Source: Felis catus
Lineage: Eukaryota
DNA: 64,000 nucleotides
Assembly (NCBI RefSeq): GCF_018350175.1
Contig: NC_058368.1
Coordinates: 119,166,001 to 119,230,000 of the forward strand
Direction: 5' to 3'
A model generated the notes under the pieces. That model was given only the letters and a program-made list of their open reading frames with translations, was not told the DNA's origin and did no database searches. The position numbers were made by a program, and so were the translations under genes. Shown here piece after piece: positions 39,852 through 53,968 of the stretch. The number at the start of each line of letters is the position of its first letter. Position 1 is the stretch's first letter.

Positions 39852-40479
39852 CTAATGGGTAAGAGAGAAAGAAAGGAAAGGCGCCTACAGGAATTATACT
39901 GGTGGGGCCCTGGGCCACTGCCTGGAGCCCTGGCCAGGTAATTTAGCTATGCCAATTAAGTTGTGGCCATGGAGCCAACACAGTCATTTGCCAGGTCCGG
40001 CTCAAGCTCTGCTTTCAGCTTCACATGGGTTTGGTCAGACACCCTAGCCGTGCCTCATAGTAATGCAAAACAGCTTGTTCTGAAAACTTAGGCTTGTGTC
40101 AGAGATGTCTTTGCTGATGTCTGGAAGATTGCTCAAGACGGAAAACATGTCTAGTCAAAACAGGGAAGAATGGACCCAAAAAGGTTATGAGCAATCAAAA
40201 AAATCATGTGAACACAAAAAGAATTTTTCAGAGGACCTGGATGCATCCTCACATGACCAACTCGTTGACCTTTATACTGCTCTTAGTCATGGATTCTCTT
40301 TCTAGAACAGACCAGAAGAGTTAAGAGAAAATTAAATCGAGTGACTCACGGAACCGCCCTGCTTTTCACAAATATTTATTGAGAATTTTTTCTGCTTCAC
40401 ACACAGGGCTTGGTAGTATGTGCTAGGTATAAAGCAGAGAATGAAACAGATGTGGCAGCTCTTGCTTATTCTGAAAACT

Positions 40480-41900
40480 TGAGACTGCTCTCAACTAAAA
40501 CACCAGCAAATAGAACCAAGCAGGACATTTACAGCATAATATATTCTACTCTATGCAAGTAATTCAAGGATGGTTCAATAAATCTGTTAATACAATTCAC
40601 GATAATAATAGGTCAAGGGAAAAAAAGCCATTTGACCATTTTTGTAAAGATGCCAAAAATTAATTTGATAGACTTCAGTAGCCTACAAAAAATGTTAATA
40701 AATAGTGGATATAACTTGCTACAAGAAGAACCATTTATAGTCCCCTAAGAATCAGGCATATCCCATTTACAAAAATAAAAATGTAAAATATCTGAAATAA
40801 ACTTAGCAAAAAACAATGCTTAAGACACATAGAGAAAACTTTAAAACTCTATTTCTATGAAGAAAACTTGAGTAAATAGAAACCATACCATCAGCTTGAG
40901 TAGAAAATTTAATACCATAAGGATATTAATTTACTCTAAATTGATCAAAAAAGTGATCTTGACCACAATACTAAGGTTCCTTTCTCTGTCTCTCTCTTTT
41001 GCTTGCTTGAGCTCTATTTTTCAGAACTTGACAAACTGCTTTGAAAGTACATTAAAATTAAAAACTACAGCCTTTAATCAGTGTTCTGGCATGAATAGAC
41101 AAAACAATAAATGGCAGAATCTAGAAATAAGCTTAACTATCCAAGAAGACTCATGGATATTTAGTATATAATAAGGGAAGACTTTTCAAACTGGAGAAGA
41201 AAATACCAATTATACAAATAAGTGTTTCTGAAATAACTAACAACCATTTTGGAAAAAAAAAATAAGACTGTGTCATTCCTTCCATTAGACAGCTCAGATT
41301 TAAATATTTATATACTTAAAGAATGAAATGACAAAGTACTAGAAGAAAACTAGAGAAGAAAATCTTCGAATGGTAAAGTCCTTCCTCAGCAAGACACTGA
41401 ACACAAAGGACAGACAGGAAATAAATGATAAGTTTAAATCTATACAAATTAAAAAAAAATTGCAAGGCAGAAACTAGAGCAAACTGGGATAAATACTTTC
41501 AGCATATATGATAAAAAGTAGTTTTTTTAATATTTAAAATTGCTCTTAAAAATCAAGAAATGAAGATGAATCAAAGAAAAAGGGAAAAGGAGAAAGTTAA
41601 GGACTTTCAGTTTATAAAAAAAAGAAACTTAAGTGGCTTATAAACATGAAAAGATATTTAGCTTACCAAAGATAAGACAGTTAAAAGAATGTCATTTTTC
41701 ACCTATCAGATTGACAAAGATAAAAATGCTAAATAACATACAATGTGGTCAAGAGTGTAGAGAAATAGGCCGTCTTACACCCTGTCGATAGGGCTCTCAA
41801 TTGATACAAACTCTTTAGGGGGAAGCTAGGGAATGTGTCAAAATCTAAATGTCCATAATACTTGACCCAGCAATTATATTTCTAGAAATTTACTCAATCA
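40480..41900 (+). mobile_element. Old L1M ORF2 remnant
   Basis: A-rich, with L1 ORF2 landmarks (attcaaggatggttcaata, ttttcacctatcagattgacaaagataaaaa, cttgacccagcaatt). Confidence 0.85.
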
Positions 41901-42295
41901 ATATACTTATTCACTTTTTCAAAGGGAAATCTCTATGTGGGAGGATTTTACCTTTCATTTTACATCCATATAGATTATGTGAATTTTTGGTTTGCCATGC
42001 ATATTTATTGCATTTCTTCCATATATATTATGTGACCTTTTGTTTGCCATGCATATTTATCTCTGTTCTTATAAAAAGAACCTTTCCTACTTTGCTGCAC
42101 TGTACTTTTAAATAAGGATTATACATGTAGCAGTATTGTTGTGGGTAAAGGTTGATTTGCTAAGAAAAAGTTGACTTTGCCTTCTAAACCTTCCCTTACC
42201 TGAATGAACAAAAACTCCAATCTCTGTGAAATATATTTAAGTGATGAGCTGATTTTAAAGAATTAAGTAATCTCTTTTCAAAAGCATTTAATTTA

Positions 42296-42506
42296 GGGCA
42301 ACTGGGTGGCTCAGTCGGTTAAGAATCTGACTCTTGATTTCAGCTCAGGTCACGAGCTCACAGTTCGTGGGACCAGGACCCATGTCAGGCTCCGTGCTGA
42401 TGGCATGGTGCCTGCTTGGGATTCTCTCTCTTCCTCTCTCTGCCTCTCCCACACTCGTGTTGTCTCTCTCTTTCAAAAATAAATAAATAAATAATTTTTA
42501 AAAAAC
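42296..42506 (+). mobile_element. CAN-SINE
   Basis: Typical head, CT tract and A tail. Confidence 0.93.
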
Positions 42507-44329
42507 CACTCAATTCAAAAACCCTCAACTGCATGAATTTTGAAATATTGTTTTATTGTTTTTCACCAAGATAAATAATTCTTCAAACAGTATCACTGAC
42601 AACCCATATATACGTGTATGTTTTAGCTAAATGAATATAATTTTATACTAACAAAACCAGTAAAGGTGGAAAAGCATTAAAGACAGTATTTCGGTGATAA
42701 ATTGAAGCTGATAAAATTTCCATTACAGTATATTACCTGGAAACACTTAAGATGTTGAGACTATATAAAGCTGAAATAAAAACAAGCACCTGAATATGAT
42801 GTATTACAGATGGAATTTGATTTTGAAAGAATAGTTCATATTTTTTGTACACAATGGCCACTTTCATTACCGGATAATAGCACGACCTAATTAGCATATA
42901 CCCTTTAATCTTAGTTTAAAAGTGACTTAAAATTTGGTATTTTTTTGTACTTTTAGTCCTAGCAAAGGAATTTAAAAATTCAAATGCAAAATAAGTACAG
43001 TAGCAAAGTGCGGTCACCACATTGTTCAAAATCTCATGACTCTCAAAGAGTTTTTGATTTTTTTCTGGGCATGGAACTGCTATGGAGCCATTATGCCTAT
43101 AAAGCCTCTAATAATGATCAGATGTTTCAACTTGGACTTAATGATGAGGGAGAATGGCCAGTCCTCTATTATGCTATAGAGTCAAATGACAACTGGTAAT
43201 CAAGAACAAAGATTAATAAACAAACTGCAATTTTTATCTAAAGTATAAAGTTAGGAAGTCAATCAAATATGAAGTCTGTAGATGTTGGTCACATTTTTTT
43301 TTAATTCATTGAATTTTTTCTGGGTTAGACAAAGTAATAATTTGTTACAATTTCTCACAATATTGGATTTTGCATTCTAATACAAACTGAAGTTAGAGAG
43401 GAACAAAGCTATGTCTGTGGCAACTTGCTAGATCATTCCTGAAGTCAGTCAGAACAAGACAATCACAAGTCAGGTTGAATTTGCCAATAATCTGGGCCTG
43501 ATGAGAGAGAATGTATCCAAACCTTCTGAAAGAGATTCAACCAAACTGTTCAACTTGCATCTGCTTTGTTTATCACTGTTAGTTCAGATAGCACACTAGG
43601 GATAGATAAGAATGTGGGCCACCTGCCTCCAAGCAGAAAGCACCCCAGACCAGGGAAGAAGGGCTCTGGATCCCAGTTCTGACTCTGCCAAGGGGTAGCT
43701 GGGTGATTTTGGGTAAAGTATGGAATCTTTGCCTGGCTCATTTTTCTTATTTGACAAATAAAGGGATTGAATTAGGTTTCTAAGAGCCTCTTCAGCTCTT
43801 AGTCCATAAATAACACTTGTTATGACATTTGCCTGGAAAACAATAGTAGAGAATCTGAAGAAATAGATGGCCACTCCACTGTCACTCACGATTATTTCAA
43901 CACATCTGAAAGAAACTTTCCTCTTTAGTGGCTTCCCCTAAACCATGTAGGATGACTGATTGGTGCACACATGCATACTACAAGCACTATGCTAGATGCT
44001 ACATAATATACTGGTGAAAAAAAGATCTGGTTCTACCCCTGTGGAGTGTATTTTGTAGTATCTGGTACTGATGAGTTAGGCTGAGCATCCTAAATAGTTA
44101 GGGTAAATTAGTTTGGTCATTAAATTCTAGCTTCAGATACCTTGGTAAAGTCTTCTAAAAACTAGTATACCACATACTCAAACCTTGAGACTGAATCACT
44201 TGATACTAACGTGACATGGCCAATTCAGAGTCTGGTACACATGAATAGCTTTTTAAATCAATCCATGTACATTGCTGATGTTACCTTTTCTCAAAAACAA
44301 AGCCAATTTATGTACTCAGGAATCTTATA

Positions 44330-45670
44330 ATCAGTGCCAATATTGTGATCTTATTTTTAAGGTATTATATATGTAAGATATTATACATATTTATATGTAT
44401 ATATACATATATATTATACATATTAAATGCATATATTATACGTGTAAAACAAAACAACTATGTTAAGAACCTAGATTTTTAGCATGAAATAAAATATATA
44501 CAAGCATAAAATCAAAGAAAAAAACCTTTTACCCTAAATATTATATGGTGATATCAATAAGAATTCATGATTTTTTTCCTCTTGTATATTTTTTTTGTCC
44601 TAGCTTTGTCTACTGGGAAGCTTTAGAAGCAATGATAATGGAAGAGCGATGAGTAATCCTGGCACCCAGATTGTGGTTTCTAAATGCTATGTCTCTCTAA
44701 AAGGAACCAGAGTTCTCAGAAAAGGCAGATTCTAGGTCTGGAGCAGGAAATGAATGAGATAAGCCTGGGAAATCTTACTGAGCTAGCCAGCAAGGAAGCC
44801 TGGAAAGACTAGGAGGGATCTTGTCAAAAGATGCAGGAGTCCACTCATAAGGTGTTCCCACTGTGCTAATACAGGAGAATTTGCGCGTCAAAAAGAATGA
44901 TGATGATAATGGTATGAAGCCCAGCAAACACATAAGAATATTCAAGAGAAAAAGCCACTTGTTACCAGGCCCAACTTACTGCTCTGAAAACTGATAAAGG
45001 AAAAGAATCAAGAATTCTTTGAATTCTACAATGCTATCAACGAAGCATTCTTGCCTGAAAACATAAACTAGAATCTAATCAAGCCGCTGGATCTACCTGC
45101 CATTTATAAGAAATATGGATGATGAAAGAATAAGTTAAATGATACCACAATTAATGAAATTCAGAATGTGTAATACTCTGTCTCACAGGTGACTCAATGG
45201 TACAAATCAATGGTACAAAAAGATGTGTCAGGGGGACTGTTCTAAGAGAGACTTAGGAGAACAACAACAACAAAAATAAATTCATTTTGTAGCCTATATT
45301 TTTATCTTAATTCAGACCCTTCTTTTTTTTACACAGACATCTCTGAAATAATTTGGGAAATCAGGTCTTAGATGATATTAAGGAACTTGCTATTTTAAGA
45401 GTGGTAACAGCAAAGTAACTATGTAAAATATTCCTTATCATATAAAACTGCATACTGAAATATTCATTGTGGTTGACACAAAGTCTAAGGTTTGGACCTT
45501 GAATTCTCCAGCCCCATTCCCCTACCCCACCAACTCTATCATAGGAGGCTCAATGCAACAAGATTGGCTGCATGTTGACTGGTGTTGAAGTTAGGTGGTG
45601 GGCATATGAAGATTATTAACCTACTCTCCCTTCTATGTGTATGCCCGAAACTTTCCATAATAAAATATTT
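44330..45670 (+). mobile_element. L1MC/L1MD-type 3'UTR
   Basis: ggcacccagattgtggtttctaaatg...aaaggaaccagagttctcagaaaa; ends ctttccataataaaa. Confidence 0.75.
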
Positions 45671-45672
45671 TA

Positions 45673-45930
45673 GGGGCATCTGGTTGGTTCACCCAGGTCG
45701 GGCACCTGGGTGGTCACCTGGGTCAGATTAAGAATCCGACTTTGGCTCAGGTCACGATCTTGTGGCTCATGAGTTTCGTCGGGCTCTGTGCTGACAGCTC
45801 AGAGCCTGGATCCTGCATCAGATTCTGTGTCTCCCTCTTTCCCTCTGCCCCTCCCTTGCTCACACTCTGTCTCTCTCTCTCTCAAAAAAAAAAAAATAAA
45901 TAAATAAACAGAAAATTTTTAAAAATTAAA
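45673..45930 (+). mobile_element. CAN-SINE with duplicated 5' head
   Basis: Two head-like segments in tandem; TSD aataaaatatttta. Confidence 0.9.
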
Positions 45931-48129
45931 TAAAATATTTTAAAAGTACACTATTTTAGAGAAAGATTTGCAATTATGTCTATATTCAGTCAAGTTTCCC
46001 TGGCCGTTAGTGGTTTCTCTTTGTGTCTCACTTCTTTCTTCCTAGGAATGATCTCCCTGTCTTGCTAAGTTCCCGATTTTTTGATTCACTGTTTTTCCTT
46101 TAAGTCAGCAAATCTCTAATTCCATTTATCTCCTCTTGTTGTCTTCCTAGGGGTCTTGAGATGAGATTCTGTACATATAATGATTTTTCCCTAGGTAACA
46201 TAAGACCCTGTGCCTATTTTCTCAATCATCTCAAATTGTTTATCTTCATTTCTTTTTCTTCTTGAGAAGCTTTTTCAATTTATGTTGGATTCGTGGGTGA
46301 ATTTCCTGATACGGAATTCTTGCTAGGAAAGGACTTTCAAAGCTCTTTTTAGATACGGTTTTCACCTTTAAATTTACAACTGCAAACTGCCAGATGATTA
46401 ATATTTAACCCATTTCATTACAGTAGGTATATAAGGTGGATATGCTCACCCTTACAGAAAGCTGCTTTCTTGAAAAAACCTTTTGTTTTTGTGATGTGCA
46501 TTCCTTCTAGGCATTGCTGATACAGGAACAGGAAAATCGTTCACTATGCACTTACTTAGAATTCTGTATGCCATATCAATCATATACAATGTAGTCTTTA
46601 AGTGCCCATCTTAAAATGGGCCACACAATGGATTTAGCTAAAACTGAGTTCTGAACTACATGTGTGTTTTTAGGTCTACTGTGAAGGAAGCTGAATTGGT
46701 GAGGGACTTTGATCCCTACATGCTGAGTATATATGGTCTGGTAGGTTCTGTGCCTGGTGCTTCACATACACCTTTTCATTAATTACAGTTAATAGTAATA
46801 CAAAGTTACTATCATTCTGAAGATCATTTCCTTAGCCTCTGCTGTTTCACTTGACATATTTTCGTTTTGAACAGAAAGAAGCTCTGAGCAGCTTCTTTTA
46901 AGAAAGAAGCAGCTATTTTAAGTGAGGTCAAGAAACTCACTCAAGTTTCCTCAGTTATTAAGTGGTGAACTCTGACTTCCAGACTTCTGTTACCTCTGTT
47001 TTTCTCCATCAGTCCTTGCATATGACTTGCAAAATTTTTGCCACCTTGCGTACCACTTGTGTGATACTTATGTAATATTTTTAAATTGACATATTTTTCC
47101 TGAAGTATATTTACCCCCAGAAGAAATTAAGTAACACTTGCATAAATAGGCAACGAATACTATTTGCCATAAGTAAAAAGTATTCATATAAATGAATACA
47201 GTCCTGTGAAATTTGGGCCTTTGATGGGGGATGGACTCCCCCTCATCTCTGGCCATCCCATGACATGTTGCCACTTAAGTCTTCTGTACATTGTCAGTGG
47301 TGTGAGTACCGCCCTTTAAGCAATACTTTGTTTAACGTCTTCCAATGTGGTTTCAAATAAATGAAGATAATATGGATCATGGGTGTCTGTTATGAAAGAG
47401 TCATATTTGGGCAAATACACTATTGGCATTAGGCATGGCAATTAAAAAAAAAAAGCTTAGTTCAAATGACTAGATCAGAAAACAGACACATAAAGGAAAC
47501 GTAGTAAATGGGCTAATTGTATTGTATCTCCTGGCACTATCTTGACCATATTCAGTTTTGCAGTGAGATACAGTTTTCTATATACAGCTGTGGTTAAAAT
47601 ACAGTGTGGATGCATATTTGTGGGCACATATATGTATATGTGTGCATATACATGTATGTATGTCTATATATCATTCTGTTTATACTGGGAGTGCTTATGC
47701 TATATGTGTACTTCCTGAAGATTTTGTATGCCTAAACTAAAACGGTCCTGTAAGTTACACTTGCACATAGGCTACAGTCCTGATTTGTGTGCAAGAAACT
47801 GGTTCCAGGCCATTATAAGTGGAATGCCAATCATACCATTGTCTGGTTGAACACTGCAAATTTGTTAATTAGCATGAAGATTCCTCCTGACAGTTTTGGG
47901 TTGGCATATGTGTGCACAGAGTGGTTTAAGGATGTCAAATCCATTTAACAGGCAGTGGAAATCCCATTCTTTACTTTTTTTAATTCAAAGGATAAGATAT
48001 CATCATAGGAATTTTGGTCTAAGATCACAAAGCTGTGTAGGCTGGAGTCCAAAGTCTTTGGATATTAAAAAAGTTCAAAAATGTCTTTCATGCAAAACTT
48101 TTTCTATTTGGAAGGTCATATGATTTGGT

Positions 48130-48700
48130 AGAAATAAAAGTGACTTCAGAGTCAGACCTAAGTGGAAATCCTCATTTTCTACCCATAAGCTGTGGGAACT
48201 TGTCTATGCATTTGTTCCCTCACTTATTAAGTGAGGATAACAGCTCCCTCATGAGAGGATTTTTATAAGATTGAACAAGTAAATATTTCTAAATTATTAA
48301 ACCTACTGCTTGTTCCATTGAATCATTCACTTATAATTATCATTTTATTTATCATAGTATTTTATTCATTAAACCAACATTGAGTACCTATTATATGCCA
48401 GACCCTGTTCTAGGGAGATGCAGCAGTAAATGAGTCCTCCAGCCAATAAACCAGATTAAGAAGATTATGTTAAGGGCTGTAAAAACAGTCAGGAAAAACA
48501 TTACATGAAATAGATAATAAGTACTGGTCATGGTAGTTAGCAAGGTCTCCCTGAGGAAGTGGCATTAATCTGAGACCTGACCGTGAGATGGAGTCAGCTC
48601 TGGGAAGAGCCTGGGGTGGCACTTTAGGGGCTGGAGAGGCATTGATGAGACAGGAGGCTGTTATCATAGTCTGTGCAGAGATATTGATAAATTGGGTAAG
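48130..48700. mobile_element. MIR followed by L2 fragment
   Basis: cagagtcagacctaagtggaaatcc; ttgagtacctattatatgccagaccctgttctagg. Confidence 0.65.
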
Positions 48701-50889
48701 GACAGTAGCAATGAAGATTTATCTGAATCTTGTAATAAATATTTGTTCCCCTCTCCCAAAATGTCCTCAAAAAGAAAATCTTGTTGTTGAACAATTTCCA
48801 CTAATTCAAACAATTAATTGAACAATTCAAATGAAGAAAGCAAAAATGCTTCCTATATAAAATGCAAGTTCTTAAGATCTCAGAGCCTCATGGCCCTTCT
48901 ATGAATTACTTTTCTCTCTGACTAGGCTCTGGGATCAGATATTTTTCTATGACAAATGGGTCTGCTTCAAGTTTGATTATTATTTTCCTTTAGTATCGCC
49001 CATCCAGATTCCTGGTAATAAAACTTTCCACAGATACTAAAAAGAAAAAAAAAAGGTTCTCTTCTTCACTTACAGATATTCACTCAGCTGGCTCACTGGC
49101 AAACTTCAACAGAAAAATTAATTGTTGTGTTGTCATGACTCTGTTGTGGGCAAGGGCGATTCTTGTGTGATATCGCTGGGAGAGCCACAAAAACCATAAG
49201 TGAAAGGCGTGGAATAGGACGTGTTCCACAAAGTAAAACAATGTGAGATTCATAACCTTTCCTCTTGCTTCTAAGACCAGCTTAATTTGGAGAAAAAGCA
49301 ATGAAGAACCAGAAAGCTGGGTCCGTTTGTTTCCCAGAAAGCTGGGTCGTGGAAGTGTTCTCTCTGTAGGAATTCAGTAAGGGTGTCCATGTATTTAGAA
49401 GAACAGATAACCTATACTGCCCATCATCAGGGGCCTTGTATCCTTTGCTTTTGCGGTTCTGGCTTGTAGACCCCCTTCCTTTTTGACTGTCTTCCTCTTG
49501 CCTTGGAGCACTGACCTTTAACACTCTGCCAAACTCCTCTTGTCTTGCATGATTCTGTCATCCAAGGAAGCCAGTTATCACTGATGTGTGAGCAACATCT
49601 TTACACTTGCAGATATGATAAGGTAAAGATTTCTTGCTTTTTAATAACCCTAATTTCCCTGGAATGGATTCAAGAGCAACACTTGGAAGGTAACCACTGA
49701 AAAGGTCTGAAATGACCCAACCCTAACCCCTCCCCGACACCTCCTCTTCTCCTTTGGTATTTTTACGTGGTTTTATGAATAAGCGCAGTTGTACACACCT
49801 CGACATCCCATTATTCATTTCCTCAGATGGGTGAACACCTAGAGACATATCAATAAAGCAGTAAGAGACTTGCTAATGCCTTCCCATGGTTGAAATTGAC
49901 TAGAGGTGTACTTAAGCCTGACAATTTTGAGGCTGCTTTGCAGATTCCTGTATAGAAAATGACTCAACCTCTGATGTATATACTAGAAAAAAACATCACC
50001 GGCAGAGTGTGCTGGGAACAGCATGGGCTGTGGAAAAAGCCTGGGTTGGGTTAGGGTTCTAATATACAGTAACTGTGATTTCAGGCATATTAATGGGGAG
50101 ATATGATAGAGATTACCTCATAGAGACGTTGTGAGGATTTAGTTTGGTAGTGTAGCGAAGCAGTTAGCAGTCTGGCACATAGTAGGCATTTAATAACTCA
50201 ATAAGTGTGGGCTATTATTTTTATTACCACTACAGATTGCCACAATTAGTCTGGATGCAATGAAGGATACAGAAAAGGGGCCTCTGGCTGAAAATAGGAG
50301 CTCCTATAATGATCTACTTGCTAATGGCTCGGAAAGAATGTCTTCTCTTTTTATGACTTTTGCTTTAGACCTGCTTCAAAACACTGCTGTGTTCCTTTAT
50401 CTCATTGTGAGGGCAGAGAATGTGCCTCAGACTTGGTGCTTCCTCAGTGTCCCCCAAAGGGCCTGGGGCATACTAGGTGCTCAACACAGGTCGAATCAAA
50501 GACACGACAAATCTAAGTAATTGATTTTCTATAGTCTCCTGAGTTTCAGAGGCTGAAAGAGTTGGAAAAAATCAGCGTTGTTTTAAGAGAACTAACAAAT
50601 CCCTACCTACTTTACAATCTGTTCAATCATAGTATCACTGGACACATTCTAAATACTGAAAATATTTTAGAACCAAAAATCTGCAGATTCCAGGCAGCTG
50701 GATTTAAAAATAATTCCAAGTCATCTCAGTTTTCTTTAAACCAATCCATTCTGTATCTGATTTTTAAAATTTCAGAGATATAATTTTACAGACAAAAAGA
50801 CTTGGCTGCTTTTTATAGTGAGATTACCAGGGATATCAAAGAACAGCATGTAAAAACTCTACTTAAAAATGCATTTCTTATAACTTTAA

Positions 50890-51110
50890 TTACTAATGCT
50901 GTATTGTATATTTGAAAGTTGCCAGGAGTATAGCAACTTGAAAGTTTTCATTTAAATAAAAATACATTTTATAAGTGTGATTACTGTATAACTGTGTGGA
51001 TGTTAATTAGACTTACTGTAGTGATCATTTTGCAGTATGTACAAACATCAAATTGTTATGCCGTGTGCCTGCAACATAATGTTATGTCAATTTGTCAATT
51101 ATATATAAAT
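50890..51110 (+). mobile_element. L1MA/MB 3' terminus
   Basis: ggatgttaattagacttactgtagtgatcattttgcagtatgtacaaacatcaaatt. Confidence 0.8.
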
Positions 51111-51789
51111 CTATAAATGAATTTTCAGAAAACACTTAACAGAGAGGTGACCAGTTGATTTTAACTTACTACATAAAGAATAATAGAGTGATCTTATTAT
51201 TTCAAGATTTTCACATTTTTGTGTAGATTTAAATGACAAAATTATCTAAACGCAAAAGCTGTGCTCTTTGTCAGTAGATGTTAATTCAAACAATTTTAGG
51301 ACAAACTTCCAGGACATTGTTAGAATCGCTCAGAAAAGGGTGATGGTGGCTGGAGTTTGGGGTAAAAACATGGTAACTGAACACAAATGAAAAGGGTCTA
51401 TTCTGGGGGTCTTTGTAATATCATCCCAGATTGAACAGTGGCCTCAGAAAATAATCAAATTAATGACAAAAACAAACAGCTAAACCACAACAATCTTTCC
51501 TCTTTGTTTTCCATGCAATTTGACTTTCTGTACAGCAATGAACTTTGGTCAATTCCCTTGAAATAATGTTTTTCCCCCTTTGCTCATTCTTTTTCTAGGT
51601 GCTGTTCCTTCTCTTATCTCTCCCATTTGGTGAGCTCTTACTTGCTCCCTAAAGCCCAGCTCAAATGTTTCCTCCTCTCTGGAGCCATTCTTAATCCTTC
51701 TCACTTCTTGCCAGAACAAAGCCTTCCCTTCTCAGCACTTTAAACAAACACACTGTATTGCAAACAGCTTGTAAATTTTCTATCCAGAC

Positions 51790-52085
51790 CAGGGATGAGC
51801 AAACCCTGGCCCAAGGGCCAAATCTGGCCTGTTGCCTGTTTTTGTACAGTCTGTGAATTAAGAATGGATTTCACATTTTCAAATTGTCAGGGGGAAAGAA
51901 AACCAAAAGGAAAATAATATTTCATGCCACATTAAAAAATGAGATTCAATTATGCATCGCCTGTGGTTACTGTTATGCTACAAAGGCAGAACCGAGTTGC
52001 TGTGACAGAGACTATAGGTAGCACACAAAGTGTAAGACTTTTTCTATCTGGTCCTTTACAGAAAAAAAATTTGCTGGCACTTGCC
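51790..52085. mobile_element. MER58 (hAT-Charlie)
   Basis: cagggatgagcaaac...gggccaaatctggcctgttgcctgtttttgta...tctggtcctttacagaaaaaaaatttgc. Confidence 0.85.
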
Positions 52086-52159
52086 CTGTGGACAGGGACC
52101 CCGATGTCACGGTCATATAGGGTCATATAGCTGATGTGTATGGTTATCACAGCACGAGC

Positions 52160-52330
52160 ACTACACCCAACACTTCACATGCATTATCTTATCTAATCTT
52201 CAACAACTCTCTGAGGTAGGAGCTACTATCATTCCCATTTCACAGATAAAAAACCTGAGGCACAGAGATGTTGAGAACTTCTTCTAAAGTTACATGACTC
52301 TCAGTTTGTAGATACGTGACTCAAATCTAA
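52160..52330 (-). mobile_element. MIR
   Basis: cccatttcacagataaaaaacctgaggcacagagatg. Confidence 0.8.
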
Positions 52331-53212
52331 GACTGTCATTGTCACCTACTCACTGAGGCATTGCAGTGCCTGGCAATATTTGTGGAATCAATGATGACAG
52401 TTCCTTCCTGTTGCCCTCAACTGTGTTCCTCTCATTAGGGGAAGGAACTCAAGCACAGCTTCCATTAGTTTTACTGCAGAGAGTGAGAGCCACCTCTAGT
52501 AGATGGATTAATTAACTTGTTAGTGGTATGTGCTGAATATACCCCCATGAGCCAGGCTCTGTACCAGGGCTGAGATAAGGAAATAAGTCTGCTTTCCTCC
52601 TAGAGATGAATCCTTGGCCATGAAGACATGAATAAGGAGACAGAAAGCTCTTTCTGGACCCTATCCAGGATGGTGGCTGAGTAGAAAATAGGAGGTTTCA
52701 GATAGTTCACCTGAAGGCTTCATGGCAAATGTTCTTCCACTGTTTGCATATGGAAGCCCTCGTGTATTGTGTTTAAGTTTTTGCCCTTCATGGGAAACAT
52801 TTGATGATGAGTTCACCTGGCACAGAGGCTGCCACCCAAACTGGGGGTGTCCTCTGCTTTCCTCTACCTTCTTCTCCCTATGTTCAGGAAGGAAAGGGCT
52901 GCTAGACATTTTTGAGTCCTCCATCACTGGAGGCATTTACTGCAACCCTTAGAGTACAGGGATTTTTTTAATGACCACATACAACATGATGGCCAATGGG
53001 CCAGTGCAGGACAAAGGGTAGGAAACAGTGGAGGCATTCACTCATAAGGTGTGTGACCCAACTAAAACACTCTCCAAGTTTTAGTTTCTTTCGTTGGAAA
53101 ATGGGGATAATGAGGGTGACTACCTTGCAGGGATTTTGTATTAAATGAAATAGATATAGGGACCTTTGCAGCTTGAGTTCTCAAATATTAACTGCTGCTA
53201 TGGCCATTATGG

Positions 53213-53915
53213 TCCAGGGGAGTCCATGGGCTGAGCATCTGAGTGCCAAAGCAGATGGTGCTTATAAGGACAAAGCTTTGGAGACCACAAGGATGAAGAT
53301 GAAGCAAAATGAACTGGAAGCCAAGGTTCTGGCCCAGGATGCTGTGGACCCAAAAGGATAAAGAGAATTTCTATCCTGCAATGCTCCAGCCCCTTGCTCA
53401 GGCACAGTCACCTCAAAAAGGCTGTGGTGATGCCCTTATCACAGAGTCAGGAACAGGTAGCATCCCCAAGTGCTGAGATCCATATTGTGAGAAAGAAAGG
53501 CCAGAGGAGAAAGCTGGAGTCCCTGGATGCCTCCTCACCAGAGGAGAAGGCTGAAGACTGTTGGGAGTTACAGATTAACCTGGAGCTACTGGCCTGAGGG
53601 CACCAAAATTTTTAGATCTGCTGAAAAAAGCCTCGGCCCCGGATCTATGCAGGCTGCAACACACTGGCCAGAAGGAGGACCCTTTAGCCAAGTGAAAGAC
53701 CTGGGACTCCGAGAGGACATAATTGGGGAAACAGATGAAGTCATTCTTAAAGGCGAGCATCCTGGGTCTTGCTGTGTGCCATCGCTGTGGCCCCTCCTGA
53801 CTGCTGGCTCCTTTCCTCACTCTGCCACTTTTTCTTCTTTTTATTTTTTTTTTTTTCAGTTTTTAGGTTTATTGATTTATTTGGAGAAAGAGAGAGAGAA
53901 CATGAGCAGGGTAAG

Positions 53916-53968
<53 letters not shown>

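Noticed and set aside
46190..46250. Kinase-like FEMIEKIGTGSY on the minus strand
   Set aside because: A stop follows and no other kinase subdomains (VAIK, HRD, DFG) are in register.
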